From assembly GCA_949298505.1 (NCBI GenBank), contig CASFWW010000023.1, positions 1,801-65,800 of the forward strand: a stretch of DNA of 64,000 nucleotides, read 5' to 3'. Position numbers and translations under genes: made by a program. Positions 54,253 to 63,966 of the stretch are shown here, in pieces. Under the pieces are notes generated by a model. The model did not search any database and was not told the origin of the DNA. It saw only the letters and a program-made list of their open reading frames with translations. This stretch comes from an uncultured Christensenella sp. (lineage in GTDB: Bacteria; Bacillota; Clostridia; Christensenellales; UBA3700). Within the stretch, counting starts at the first letter, position 1. Each line of letters opens with the position of its first letter.

Positions 54253-54369
54253 ATGAAGAAAGCTAATCAGACCAAGCAGAAAGCCGGTCGCGCTCATGAG
54301 ACAAAGAACTGTGGTAAGATGTGCGGCGGCAAATGCTGCAATGAAAGCGGACACAATCAGAAAGACTGA
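54253..54369 (+). CDS. Small basic Cys-rich peptide, 38 aa (not in the ORF track)
   Basis: AAGGAGGT RBS 7 nt before the ATG; MKKANQTKQKAGRAHETKNCGKMCGGKCCNESGHNQKD. Confidence 0.65.
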   Translation: MKKANQTKQKAGRAHETKNCGKMCGGKCCNESGHNQKD

Positions 54370-54529
54370 CGTGTTTTAAGGCTTGGGCGACTTTGCCGCG
54401 TATCGCGGACAGATCGCTCAAAACGGCGAAACAACGCGGATTACAGCGTTTTCAGATGAATTGAGTCTGTAAAAATTTTTATGGACGAAACGGCTGTATA
54501 AAATTATCGTTATTCATCTTTTGCCGTAG

Positions 54530-54616
54530 AAAAGAAAGAGAGCTATCCGGATCCTCGGATAGCTCCCTTCCTTTGTTATATGATAAGGGGGAAAATTATG
54601 AGCTCTTTTATTTACA
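54530..54616 (-). ncRNA. Candidate small regulatory RNA
   Basis: TTGACA-17 nt-TAGAAT promoter with an extended TG (54623..54651), no ORF, GAGCTATCCG/CGGATAGCTC terminator followed by UUUCUUUU. Confidence 0.55.
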
Positions 54617-54801
54617 GTTTGCATTCTATCACCGACTTGAAATTTTGTCAATAGTTTTTTGCAACTTTTTTAAAAAATTTTTTGTCAGTGCCTTTTGCCC
54701 TCTTTTTTGCATATTTTTATTAAAGGAAGATTAAAAATATGCACTTTTTATCACGATAAACCGTCAAAAAACGCCAAATCGTGTATTATTACAAATCGTT
54801 T

Positions 54802-55989
54802 TTAAAGCACGCCTCTCTTTTTCAGGAAATTTTCTATCCTGTCCATCGCCCTTTTCAAGTCCTCAAGAGAGTATGCGTAGCTTATCCTTATAAAGTCCTT
54901 GCCGGAATCTCCGAAAGCGCCTCCCGGAACAACTGCGACTTTCTGATCCTGAAGCAGTTCTTCCGCGAACTGTTCTCCGTCGAGACCCGTAACGGAAACG
55001 CAAGGGAACACGTAGAACGCGCCCTTGGGTTCAAAGCAGGTCAGTTTCATATCGTTGAGTCTTTTCACAAGAAATCTTCTTCTGACGTCGTACTGACTTC
55101 TCATCTCCTCGACAGCCGCGAAATTGTCTTCAAAAGCGGTGTTCAGCGCATTCAGCGCCGCGTACTGAGCGGCAGTCGGCGCACACATTATTATATATTG
55201 ATGTATCTTCAGCATCTGTTTGCTGAGTTCTCTGGGCGCGCAGTAATATCCCAGTCTCCAGCCCGTCATCGCGAAAGCCTTGCTGAAACCGTTGATGAGT
55301 ATAGTGCGCTCTCTCATTCCGTCAAGCGAAGCGACCGAAACGTGGCGTGCGTCGCCGTAAGTAAGCTCCGCGTAGATCTCGTCCGATATCGCTATTATGT
55401 CGTGCTTTTTGATTACTTCTGCAATCGCTTCAATCTGTGGCTTCGTCATTATCGCGCCGGTCGGGTTGTTGGGAAAAGGCAGTATCACCGCTTTCGTGCG
55501 CGGAGTGATCGCCGCCTCCAGCGCCTCTGCGGTGAGGATGAAATTGTCCTCCACTCTGCACGGCGCGCTTACCGGCACCGCGTCGCAAAGCGCAACGCCG
55601 GGAGCGTAAGAAACGTATGACGGCTCCGGGATTATCACCTCGTCTCCGGCGTTTGCAAGCGTCCTGACCGCAAGGTATATCGCCTCGCTCGCGCCCACGG
55701 TCATAATAACTTCGTCCTTGGGGTCGTACTTTACGCCGAAACGCAGGTCAACGTATTTCGCGACCGCTTCTCTCAGTTGCAGAAGACCGCTGTTGGACGT
55801 ATATTGCGTAATGCCCTTCCTTATGCTCTGGACAGCCGCTTCTCTCGCTTCCCACGGCGTGACGAAATCGGGTTCGCCGACGCCTAAAGATATGACGTCC
55901 TTATACATAGCCGCAACGTCGAAAAATTTTCTTATGCCCGAAGGCTTGATGTTTTTTACGACGTCGCTCACGTGTTTGTCGTAATTCAT
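54802..55989 (-). CDS. Class I/II PLP-dependent aminotransferase
   Basis: PSGIRKFFD, SLGVGEPDF, PNNPTG, SDEIY, GFSKAFAMTGWRLG. Confidence 0.93.
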   Translation of the reverse strand: MNYDKHVSDVVKNIKPSGIRKFFDVAAMYKDVISLGVGEPDFVTPWEAREAAVQSIRKGITQYTSNSGLLQLREAVAKYVDLRFGVKYDPKDEVIMTVGASEAIYLAVRTLANAGDEVIIPEPSYVSYAPGVALCDAVPVSAPCRVEDNFILTAEALEAAITPRTKAVILPFPNNPTGAIMTKPQIEAIAEVIKKHDIIAISDEIYAELTYGDARHVSVASLDGMRERTILINGFSKAFAMTGWRLGYYCAPRELSKQMLKIHQYIIMCAPTAAQYAALNALNTAFEDNFAAVEEMRSQYDVRRRFLVKRLNDMKLTCFEPKGAFYVFPCVSVTGLDGEQFAEELLQDQKVAVVPGGAFGDSGKDFIRISYAYSLEDLKRAMDRIENFLKKRGVL

Positions 55990-56474
55990 ACTATCTCTTC
56001 TCTCTTTATCCCGTCGCGTTTTTCAAGGACCACGCCTTCCGCCTTGTACTTCTTAAGAATAAAGTGGGTCGCAGTGGACGTGACGTCTTTGAGCACGGAA
56101 AGTCTTTCAGTTACAAAACGAGAGACTTCGCGCAGATTCTTGCCCTCTACGATGACCGTGAGGTCGTAACTTCCGCTCATAAGGTATACGTCTTTTACTT
56201 CATCGAACTTGTAGATGTCGCGCGCGATCGCGTCGAAGCCGTCGCGCATCTGCGGAGTGACTTTGACTTCGATAAGCGCGGTCACCGCGTCCGAATCCAG
56301 TTTTTCGGTATTGCACAGCACTGTGTATTTCGCGATCACGCCGTCCTCTTCCATTGCGGCTATCCTCGCCTTTACGTCATCTTCGCCAAGTCCGCTCATC
56401 GCGGCGATCTGCGCAGTCGTGAAACGGCTGTCCTCGCGCAGGATCGCGATTAACTGTTTGTCTTTCTTGTCCAT
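55986..56474 (-). CDS. Lrp/AsnC-family transcriptional regulator
   Basis: L.EDSR HTH, YLMSGSYDL, TATHFILK; ATGA overlap with the aminotransferase. Confidence 0.9.
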   Translation of the reverse strand: MDKKDKQLIAILREDSRFTTAQIAAMSGLGEDDVKARIAAMEEDGVIAKYTVLCNTEKLDSDAVTALIEVKVTPQMRDGFDAIARDIYKFDEVKDVYLMSGSYDLTVIVEGKNLREVSRFVTERLSVLKDVTSTATHFILKKYKAEGVVLEKRDGIKREEIV

Positions 56475-56487
56475 GATCTTCACCTCA

Positions 56488-58059
56488 TCAGATAGTTTCG
56501 AGATATTCTTCGTAGGTAGTCAGCTTGTCGAACGTCTTCGTACCGTTGATTTCTATTATCCTGTTTGCGACCGTCTGCATAAGCTCCTGGTCGTGAGTTG
56601 CGAAAAGACAGCAACCCTTAAAGTTTATCATACCCTTGTTGAGCGCGGTTATCGCCTCCAGATCGAGATGGTTGGTCGGCTCGTCGAGAATGAGCACGTT
56701 GCCCGCGATCAGCATTGCGCGCGCAAGCATGCAACGCACCTTTTCGCCGCCGCTCAGCACTTTCGCGCTCTTTTTCACCTCGTCGCCCGAGAAAAGCATC
56801 CTTCCCAGCCAGCTTCTCAGATAGCTCTCGGTATGGTCTTTAGAGAAGCGGTTTATCCACTCGACGAGGTTCATATTGCAACCGTCGAAAAATTCGTCGA
56901 AATTCTGCGGCACGTAACTCAGCCTTACCGTCTTGCCCCACTCGAACTTGCCCGCGTCCGGCTCCTCGATGCCGTTGAGGATGTCGAACAGCATGGATAC
57001 CGATGTGGATTTGTCTGACAAAAACGCGATCTTCTCGCCCTTCTGCACGGTAAAAGTGACGTTCTCGAAAAATCCTTTCTTGGTCAGTCCCTCGACTTTG
57101 AGTATTTCCTTGCCAAGGTCCTGTTCCATCTCGAAATTGATATAAGGATATTTTCTCATAGACGGCTTTATGTCTTCGAGAGTGAGTTTTTCCAGTTCCT
57201 TCTTTCTGGACGTCGCCTGTCTCGATTTGGACGCGTTGGCGGAGAAACGCGCGATAAATTCCTGAAGTTCCTTCGCTCTTGCTTCCGCCTTCTTGTTCGC
57301 TTCCTTCGCCTGCCTTTGCAGGAGCTGGTTGGTCTCGTACCAGAAATCGTAGTTGCCCACGTACATGTTTATCTGACCGTAGTCCACGTCGCAGATATGC
57401 GTGCAGACCTTGTTCAGGAAGTGACGGTTGTGCGAGACGATGATCAGCGTGTTCTTGAAGTCCATCAAAAACTTTTCCAGCCACATAATGCTCTTCGCGT
57501 CCAGGTTGTTGGTCGGCTCGTCAAGTATGAGTATGTCGGGATTGCCGAAAAGCGCCTGCGCGAGAAGTATCTTGACCTTTTGCTTGCCGTCCAGTTCGCT
57601 CATCAGCTTTTCGTGATACTCTTCTCCGAATTTCAGCTCGTTGAGCAGAGACGCCGCTTCGCTTTCCGCTTCCCAGCCGCCCAGCTCCGCGAACTCGTTT
57701 TCAAGCTCCGAAGCCCTGATGCCGTCCTCTTCCGAAAAGTCCTCTTTCATGTAAAGCGCGTCCTTTTCGTCCATTATGTCGACAAGGCGTTTATGCCCTA
57801 AAAGCACCGTACGCATGACGGTGCAGTCGTCAAAGTCGTTCTGGTTCTGGTGCAGAACGCTTATGCGCTGTCCTTTTCCTATCGAAACCGTTCCTCTGGT
57901 CGGTTCGAGTTCCCCGGAAAGGATTTTAAGAAAGGTGGATTTTCCGGCACCGTTCGCGCCGATAACGCCGTAGCAGTTGCCGTCTGTAAACTTCAGGTTC
58001 ACATCCTCGAAAAGTTTTCTTCCACCGAACTGCAAATACAAATCTGTTACCTGTATCAT
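56488..58059 (-). CDS. ABC-F family ATPase (YbiT/YkpA-like)
   Basis: GANGAGKS, LDEPTN twice, LSGGE, RFSANASKSRQATSRKK linker, no TM segments. Confidence 0.92.
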   Translation of the reverse strand: MIQVTDLYLQFGGRKLFEDVNLKFTDGNCYGVIGANGAGKSTFLKILSGELEPTRGTVSIGKGQRISVLHQNQNDFDDCTVMRTVLLGHKRLVDIMDEKDALYMKEDFSEEDGIRASELENEFAELGGWEAESEAASLLNELKFGEEYHEKLMSELDGKQKVKILLAQALFGNPDILILDEPTNNLDAKSIMWLEKFLMDFKNTLIIVSHNRHFLNKVCTHICDVDYGQINMYVGNYDFWYETNQLLQRQAKEANKKAEARAKELQEFIARFSANASKSRQATSRKKELEKLTLEDIKPSMRKYPYINFEMEQDLGKEILKVEGLTKKGFFENVTFTVQKGEKIAFLSDKSTSVSMLFDILNGIEEPDAGKFEWGKTVRLSYVPQNFDEFFDGCNMNLVEWINRFSKDHTESYLRSWLGRMLFSGDEVKKSAKVLSGGEKVRCMLARAMLIAGNVLILDEPTNHLDLEAITALNKGMINFKGCCLFATHDQELMQTVANRIIEINGTKTFDKLTTYEEYLETI

Positions 58060-58068
58060 TTCTTCTCC

Positions 58069-58575
58069 TTAAGAAAGGTTGTTATCGTTTTCTATCATAC
58101 TGCCCAGCCTGATCACCGCTCTTTTGTAGGTGAGAAAGCTGACAGCCATACTGCGCTCCGTCATGAACGCGAGTTTTATCTCCTTGGTTTCGCCTGCGCC
58201 GATCTCCGTCTTTCCGGTCGTGATCGTGCTGTCGCCGGAAATTCCCGTGTCCGTCGGACTTATGCCGTCCAGCTCAAAATCGTAAGGATCGAGAGTGAAA
58301 TCCTTTTCAGCCGCGACTTCTACCGTGATCACCGCGTACACGTTCCTGGTATCCGCGATCCCTTGCACCGACACGTCAGTGACGGTAACGGTCGCTTTCC
58401 CGGCGTCGTACGGCTGACCTATGTCCAGATTGACGGTCTCCTCACAGCTTCTGACCGCAAGCGCCGTGATTATCACCGCAGCGATGACCAGCACCGTGAG
58501 TATCACAAGTCCCGCAAAGCGCAGTCTTTTCTTTTTCTTTTCCGCCTGCAAAGCGGCTTGTTTATCTGAGTTCAT
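58069..58575 (-). CDS. Hypothetical membrane-anchored protein with a predicted Ig-like (DUF4352-like) domain
   Basis: Basic cluster plus one TM helix, then a beta-rich domain (VTVTDV, IGAGETKEIKLAF). Confidence 0.65.
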   Translation of the reverse strand: MNSDKQAALQAEKKKKRLRFAGLVILTVLVIAAVIITALAVRSCEETVNLDIGQPYDAGKATVTVTDVSVQGIADTRNVYAVITVEVAAEKDFTLDPYDFELDGISPTDTGISGDSTITTGKTEIGAGETKEIKLAFMTERSMAVSFLTYKRAVIRLGSMIENDNNLS

Positions 58576-59839
58576 TTTTTATCCTGTCCGCCGCGGCGTT
58601 GCACTTTTCAACGAGCGCGTCGTAGTCTTCGCCGTACGTAAGCTGCCCGTTTTCGTAAACGATTTTTCCGCCCGCGACGGTCATCTTCACGTTTTGTCTG
58701 CCGCCTGCGTAGACGAGATTCGCGGCGATATCGGTATGAGGCTGCATGTTGGGCGCGCTCAGATCTGTCACCGTCATATCCGCAAGTGCTCCGATATAAA
58801 GCCCGTCTGCGTTTTCAAGCCCGAAAGCCCTGCCGCTCACCGCCGCGCGGTAAACGTCTTTCGCGCTGACCGCTGCCGCGTCGTTCAGCAGGTATTTCTG
58901 CAACACTGTCGCAAGATAGGTCTCTCTGAACATATCGAGAGCGTTGTTGCTCGCCGCGCCGTCTGTACCCACGCCGACGGTCACGCCCGCGTCGATAAGT
59001 TTTTTGAGCGGAGCTATGCCGCTCGCAAGCTTGAGGTTACTGCACGGACAAGTGACTGCCGAGACCCCGAGCTTCTTCATTATCTCAATGTCTTCGTCAT
59101 CGACGTGCACGCAGTGGTATCCGGTGCCTCCGAGATCGAATATACCCTTTTCCGCAAGCAGTTTTACGGGAGATATGCCGTATTTTTCTTTGCACGAAGC
59201 GACTTCAGCCGCCGTCTCAGAAAGATGAGTATGCACGGGAAGCGAAAACTTCTTCGAAAGGTCGGACACCGCCCTCAACGTTTCGTCCCCGCAGGTATAC
59301 TGCGCGTGCATCGCGAGCGAATACTTTATCCTCGGCAGCCTGTCGAGCTTGCCTTTCAGTTCCTCAGCCCTCTTCACGATATCGTCGTAGCCGCCGTCGA
59401 AATCAAAAATGCCGCTGCCGATATACGCGCCGAAACCGGTATCCGCGAACGCCTGTGCGACTGCCTCGGTATGTCCGTACATTTCCGAGCAATACGTAAT
59501 GCCGCCTGCGTAATATTCCGCTACCGCGAGCCTGGTGAAATAATAACAGTCCTCGTCGGTGAGTTTTCCTTCGGCAGGGAACACCTGCTTGTACAGCCAG
59601 TCGTTGAGCGGCATGTCCTCCGCGCGCGAGCGCAGGAAGGTCATCGGGGAATGAGTATGCGCGTCCTTGAAAGACGGCGCGAGAAGATCGCCTTTCAGAT
59701 CGATCTCCCTGTCCCAGTCCTGCCAGTCAAGCGTGGATACCGGAGACAGATAAACAATCCTGTCCCCGTCAGTGCGAAGTTCGCCGTCTATAACGCCGTC
59801 CGGCGTAAGTATCTTGCCGTTAAAAAACCTCAGTTTCAT
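58562..59839 (-). CDS. Metal-dependent amidohydrolase, MTA/SAH deaminase-like
   Basis: DAHTH, HAQYTC, HTHLSET, HCVH, SNLKLASG, GTDGAASNN. Confidence 0.85.
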   Translation of the reverse strand: MKLRFFNGKILTPDGVIDGELRTDGDRIVYLSPVSTLDWQDWDREIDLKGDLLAPSFKDAHTHSPMTFLRSRAEDMPLNDWLYKQVFPAEGKLTDEDCYYFTRLAVAEYYAGGITYCSEMYGHTEAVAQAFADTGFGAYIGSGIFDFDGGYDDIVKRAEELKGKLDRLPRIKYSLAMHAQYTCGDETLRAVSDLSKKFSLPVHTHLSETAAEVASCKEKYGISPVKLLAEKGIFDLGGTGYHCVHVDDEDIEIMKKLGVSAVTCPCSNLKLASGIAPLKKLIDAGVTVGVGTDGAASNNALDMFRETYLATVLQKYLLNDAAAVSAKDVYRAAVSGRAFGLENADGLYIGALADMTVTDLSAPNMQPHTDIAANLVYAGGRQNVKMTVAGGKIVYENGQLTYGEDYDALVEKCNAAADRIKNELR

Positions 59840-59922
59840 ACCTTACCGTTGCCGCCCGAAGGCGGATTTTGCGGAGCGGGAAATCTCATGAACGTGATTT
59901 TCCCTGCCCGTGTGCGTAAAAC

Positions 59923-60741
59923 TTATTTATTGGACGCCAGCTGGACCACTTCTTTTATTATCGCGCCGAGTTTGCCGACAACCTTTACACTCTCTGCCTG
60001 CACGTCCAGATGGCTGAGCTTTTCACCGCTCAGTCCCGCCGCCTTGTTGCTTATGAACGAAAGCCCGAGCACTTTTATGCCCATATGCACCGCCGCTATC
60101 GTCTCGATAGCGGTGCTCATGCCCACAGCGTCCGCGCCCATAGCGCGCGCCATGCGTATTTCGGCGGGAGTCTCGAAGTTGGGACCGGTGAACTGGATGT
60201 AGACGCCCTCTTTCAGATCTACGCCGGCTTTCTTTGCCGCCTGCCGCGCGATCTCCCTCAGAGACGGGTCGTAAGCTTCAGTCATATCGGGAAACCTGTC
60301 GCCGTAAGAAGGATCGTTCCTGCCGATAAGCGGAGACGGAACAAGCGAAATATGATCTGTTATCATCATGATGTCGCCTGTGTTCAGATCCTCTCTTATG
60401 CCGCCGGACGCATTGGTAAGGATAAGCGCTTTTACGCCCATCCTGATCATCAGACGTATCGGAAGCACCGCCTCCTGAGGCGTGTATCCTTCGTAATAAT
60501 GCACTCTGCCCTGCATCACGACCACCGGAACGCGGTTGATATAGCCGAAAACGAATCTTCCGCTGTGTCCCTCGACCGTGGAAGTTGGCATCCCCTGTAT
60601 GCTGTCGAAAGGAACGCTGTAAACGCTTTCGATATTCTCGGCGATCGCTCCCAGTCTGCTGCCGAGCACAAGCCCTATCTGCGGCTTGAAATCCACTCTG
60701 TTGCGCAGGCTGGAATACGCTTTCTCTACTCTCTTCCACAT
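59923..60741 (-). CDS. punA: Purine nucleoside phosphorylase (trimeric type)
   Basis: STVEGHSG, GRVHYYEG, TNASGG, GPNFETPAE, VGMST, SNKAAG. Confidence 0.93.
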   Translation of the reverse strand: MWKRVEKAYSSLRNRVDFKPQIGLVLGSRLGAIAENIESVYSVPFDSIQGMPTSTVEGHSGRFVFGYINRVPVVVMQGRVHYYEGYTPQEAVLPIRLMIRMGVKALILTNASGGIREDLNTGDIMMITDHISLVPSPLIGRNDPSYGDRFPDMTEAYDPSLREIARQAAKKAGVDLKEGVYIQFTGPNFETPAEIRMARAMGADAVGMSTAIETIAAVHMGIKVLGLSFISNKAAGLSGEKLSHLDVQAESVKVVGKLGAIIKEVVQLASNK

Positions 60742-60748
60742 AGGCGAC

Positions 60749-61339
60749 TCACTTGGTGAAGACTCTGGAACCGGGTTTGACCAGTTCTATCTTGCCTTCT
60801 TTGCAAAGGGGACATTCGTCCGGCTCATACGACGTGATGTCCATGCTGATCAGGTTGACGAATTTTACGCCGAAATCCACCATGCCGTTGCTTCTGTCAA
60901 CGAGAGAGGCGACCGCCGTGACCTCGCCGCCCGCTTCTTTGACGAGCGCGATGACTTCCTTGACCGAGCCTCCCGTGGTAACGACGTCTTCGCAGACGAC
61001 GAACTTCGTGCCCTTCTCGATCGTGAAGCCGCGGCGCAGAGTCATGACTCCGTTTTCTCTTTCGGCGAATATGTTGGATTTGCCGAGCTGTCTCGCGACC
61101 TCGTATCCCATCAGTATGCCTCCTATCGCCGGAGAGATCACCACGTCGACTTCAACGCCGGCGTCGGTCAGTTTTTCGGCGAGCGCCTTGCAGAGGGTCT
61201 CGCTTGCCTTGGGGTCAACGAAAACCTTCGCGCTCTGCATATAGGTGTCAGAGTGCCTTCCGGACGTAAGCTTAAAATGTCCTTTGAGTATAGCGCCTGT
61301 GCTGCGGTATACTTCGAGTGCTTGTTCTGTCGTCATCAT
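60749..61339 (-). CDS. pyrE: Orotate phosphoribosyltransferase
   Basis: [26 protein letters not shown] motif. Confidence 0.95.
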   Translation of the reverse strand: MMTTEQALEVYRSTGAILKGHFKLTSGRHSDTYMQSAKVFVDPKASETLCKALAEKLTDAGVEVDVVISPAIGGILMGYEVARQLGKSNIFAERENGVMTLRRGFTIEKGTKFVVCEDVVTTGGSVKEVIALVKEAGGEVTAVASLVDRSNGMVDFGVKFVNLISMDITSYEPDECPLCKEGKIELVKPGSRVFTK

Positions 61340-61391
61340 ATCTGTTTCCTCCGATTTTATTTAAATTTTTCCTGCCTGTGTCTGTAAAACG

Positions 61392-62300
61392 TCAATTCAG
61401 GATCAACGTGCCGACCAGGTCGTTAATGTCCATGCCGTTTTCCTCAACGTATTTGCCAAGGTCTTTGACTATGTCGTACGCCGCGGTGGGATCAGTAAAG
61501 TTCGCCGTGCCGACCTGCACCGCGCGCGCTCCGCATATCATGAATTCGAGCACGTCCGTATAGCAGGTTATGCCGCCGAGACCTATTATCGGGATCTTTA
61601 CCGCATTGTAACATTCCCATACCATTTTCAGCGCGACCGGCTTCACGCAGGGACCGGACATACCGCCGTTGTTGTTGGCGAGTATCGGGCGCCTTGTCCT
61701 GTAGTTCACCGCCATGCCGGAAATGGTGTTTATCAGCGATACCGCGTCCGCGCCGCCCGCTTCAGCCGCTCTCGCGTTGTCCGCGATGCAGCTCACGTTG
61801 GGAGACAGCTTGGTTATCACCGGTTTTTTGCATACGTTTTTGACTGCGCGCGTGACTTCCTCAACGTTTTTGGGAAGCACGCCGAAAGCCATGCCGCCCT
61901 GCTTGACGTTGGGGCAGGATATGTTGAGTTCCACCATATCCGCGTGGCTGTCGTTTATCCTCTCGCCTATCGCTATGTAGTCCTCGAGAGTGGATCCCGC
62001 GATATTTGCGATCACGACGACGTCCTCTTCCGCCAGTCTCTTGTCGTCCTCGGCGAGATAATGCTCTATGCCGGGGTTCTGAAGTCCTACGCTGTTCAGC
62101 ATACCGCCGTAAGTTTCCGCGACTCTCGGAGGCGGATTGCCTTCTCTCTTTTTAAGGGTCAGACCTTTCGTGCATATGCCGCCAAGCGCGGAAAGCGGAT
62201 AAAATTCACCGTACTCCTTGCCGAAACCGAACGTGCCGCTCGCGGTGATTATCGGGTTTTTGAATTCGACGCCCGCGACGTTTACTTTCAGATTGCTCAT
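61392..62300 (-). CDS. pyrD: Dihydroorotate dehydrogenase B catalytic subunit
   Basis: ASGTFG, GNPPPR, NSVGLQNPG, NISCPN, KLSPN, LINT. Confidence 0.96.
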   Translation of the reverse strand: MSNLKVNVAGVEFKNPIITASGTFGFGKEYGEFYPLSALGGICTKGLTLKKREGNPPPRVAETYGGMLNSVGLQNPGIEHYLAEDDKRLAEEDVVVIANIAGSTLEDYIAIGERINDSHADMVELNISCPNVKQGGMAFGVLPKNVEEVTRAVKNVCKKPVITKLSPNVSCIADNARAAEAGGADAVSLINTISGMAVNYRTRRPILANNNGGMSGPCVKPVALKMVWECYNAVKIPIIGLGGITCYTDVLEFMICGARAVQVGTANFTDPTAAYDIVKDLGKYVEENGMDINDLVGTLILN

Positions 62301-63061
62301 AACACCACCTCGTCAAGACGGAATACCGGTCCGTCCTTGCACACCCTGACGTAGCCCTCTCCGTCCGCGCGTCTCACCTTGCAGTTGCAGACGAGGCAGG
62401 CGCCTATGCCGCAACCCATGCGCTGTTCGAGAGAAACGTAAACGGGAACGTCCACGCCCTCAAAGCATTTCGCGACCGCCCTGTACATGACCTCCGGACC
62501 GCAGACGAAGATCTCGTCCGGCTTTATGAAGTCCGCCGCCTCTCTCGCGACCGTCGTAACGAAGCCTTTCTTGCCGTAGCTGCCGTCGTCCGTCGCCACC
62601 GTCACCGAAGCGCATTTTGCCGCCAGTTCTTTTTCAAGCGCTACTTTGCCCGCGTTTGCAAACCCGATATAAGCGTGGAATTCCTTGTCCGGATTCGCGG
62701 TCACGACTGCGGGAAGGACCGCCGTGCCCATACCGCCGCCGATCAGCATTATTTTTCTGCCCTTGGGCACGTAGCCGTTGCCGAGAGGCAGAAGTACGTT
62801 CAGTCTGTCGCCCTCTTTCACCCGGGTAAGCTCCTTTGTGCCGCCGCCGACGACTGCGTAACATACGTCCGCAGTCTTCTTTTCCGCGTCGAAATCGCAG
62901 ATGCAGAACGGACGTCTCAATATCTTGCTTTTATCGGGCAGTTTTATATCGAGAAACTGCGCGCCCTTTATCTCTTCGAGATCTTCGAAGCGCAGGGTCA
63001 TATACCATATCCCGTCCGCTACGGGCGCATTGGAGACCACGGTCGCTGTTCTGTCTTTCAT
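62297..63061 (-). CDS. pyrK: Dihydroorotate dehydrogenase electron transfer subunit
   Basis: LRRPF, GGGMG, CGP, MGCGIGACLVC, CKDGPVF; start at MKDRT, with an ATGA overlap with pyrF. Confidence 0.93.
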   Translation of the reverse strand: MKDRTATVVSNAPVADGIWYMTLRFEDLEEIKGAQFLDIKLPDKSKILRRPFCICDFDAEKKTADVCYAVVGGGTKELTRVKEGDRLNVLLPLGNGYVPKGRKIMLIGGGMGTAVLPAVVTANPDKEFHAYIGFANAGKVALEKELAAKCASVTVATDDGSYGKKGFVTTVAREAADFIKPDEIFVCGPEVMYRAVAKCFEGVDVPVYVSLEQRMGCGIGACLVCNCKVRRADGEGYVRVCKDGPVFRLDEVVL

Positions 63062-63963
63062 TTGATGCACCTTGCCAGATCTTTCTGCATATCCAGCGCC
63101 GCTTTGAGCGCCGCGTCCTTGTAGTTCAGCCCAGCGTACTGCTCTTTCTTGTAAGCGCACAGTATGCCGCGCGACGAGTTGACTATGCCGCCAACGCCGT
63201 CCCTGAAACACACGGCGAGGTCTTCCGCCTTGCCGCCCTGAGCGCCGTAGCCGGGGATCAGGAAGAAAAGATGCGGATGCGCCGCCCTTATTCTTGCCGC
63301 CTGCTCCTTGTGAGTCGCGCCGACGACCGCGCCGACGGACGAATAGCCGTATTTGCCGATCAGGTTCCTGCCCCAGTCGTCGACGAGATCCGCCATTGCG
63401 TCGTAAAGCGTCTCTTTGTCTCCGAGCGGCTTGTCCTGAAGTTCTCCGCTCGCCGGGTTGGACGTCTTGACCAACACGAAAATACCCTTGTCGTTTTTCT
63501 CGCAGTCGGCTACGAAAGGCTTTACGCCGTCGCTTCCGAGGTAGCCGTTCACCGTCACGAAATCGCTCTCGAACGGAGTGAATTTTACGCCGCCCGCAAG
63601 CTCGGTCGCGCCGATATACGCCCTGCTGTAAGCCGCCGCGGTGCTTCCGATGTCGTTTCTCTTGATATCCGCGATGGCTATCAAGCCGTTTGCGCGCGCG
63701 TATGCAAGCGTGTCTTTGAAAGCGCGTATGCCCGCCACGCCGTACATCTCGTAGTACGCCACCTGCACTTTTACCGCGGGCACGACGTCCTTGAGCGCGT
63801 CCACAAGGTCGAAATTGAACTTGGTGATGTAATTCGCGGCGTCATCCGGAGTCAGGCACTTTTCCTTCATCTCGTCGGGGAGATAGTCCACGCAGGTGTC
63901 CAGACCTATCACGGACGGGTTGTCAGTCCTCTTTATTGCGTCAATAAGTTTGTCTATTATCAT
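63058..63963 (-). CDS. pyrF: Orotidine-5'-phosphate decarboxylase (type 2)
   Basis: GLD, AVKVQVAYYE, DIKRNDIGST, VKTSN, GAVVGAT, PGYGAQG, NSSRG. Confidence 0.95.
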   Translation of the reverse strand: MIIDKLIDAIKRTDNPSVIGLDTCVDYLPDEMKEKCLTPDDAANYITKFNFDLVDALKDVVPAVKVQVAYYEMYGVAGIRAFKDTLAYARANGLIAIADIKRNDIGSTAAAYSRAYIGATELAGGVKFTPFESDFVTVNGYLGSDGVKPFVADCEKNDKGIFVLVKTSNPASGELQDKPLGDKETLYDAMADLVDDWGRNLIGKYGYSSVGAVVGATHKEQAARIRAAHPHLFFLIPGYGAQGGKAEDLAVCFRDGVGGIVNSSRGILCAYKKEQYAGLNYKDAALKAALDMQKDLARCIK

Positions 63964-63966
63964 AGT

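Noticed and set aside
58421-60202. 593-aa plus-strand ORF, and similar long antisense ORFs over guaA, secY and rpoA
   Set aside because: Shadow ORFs opposite conserved genes.
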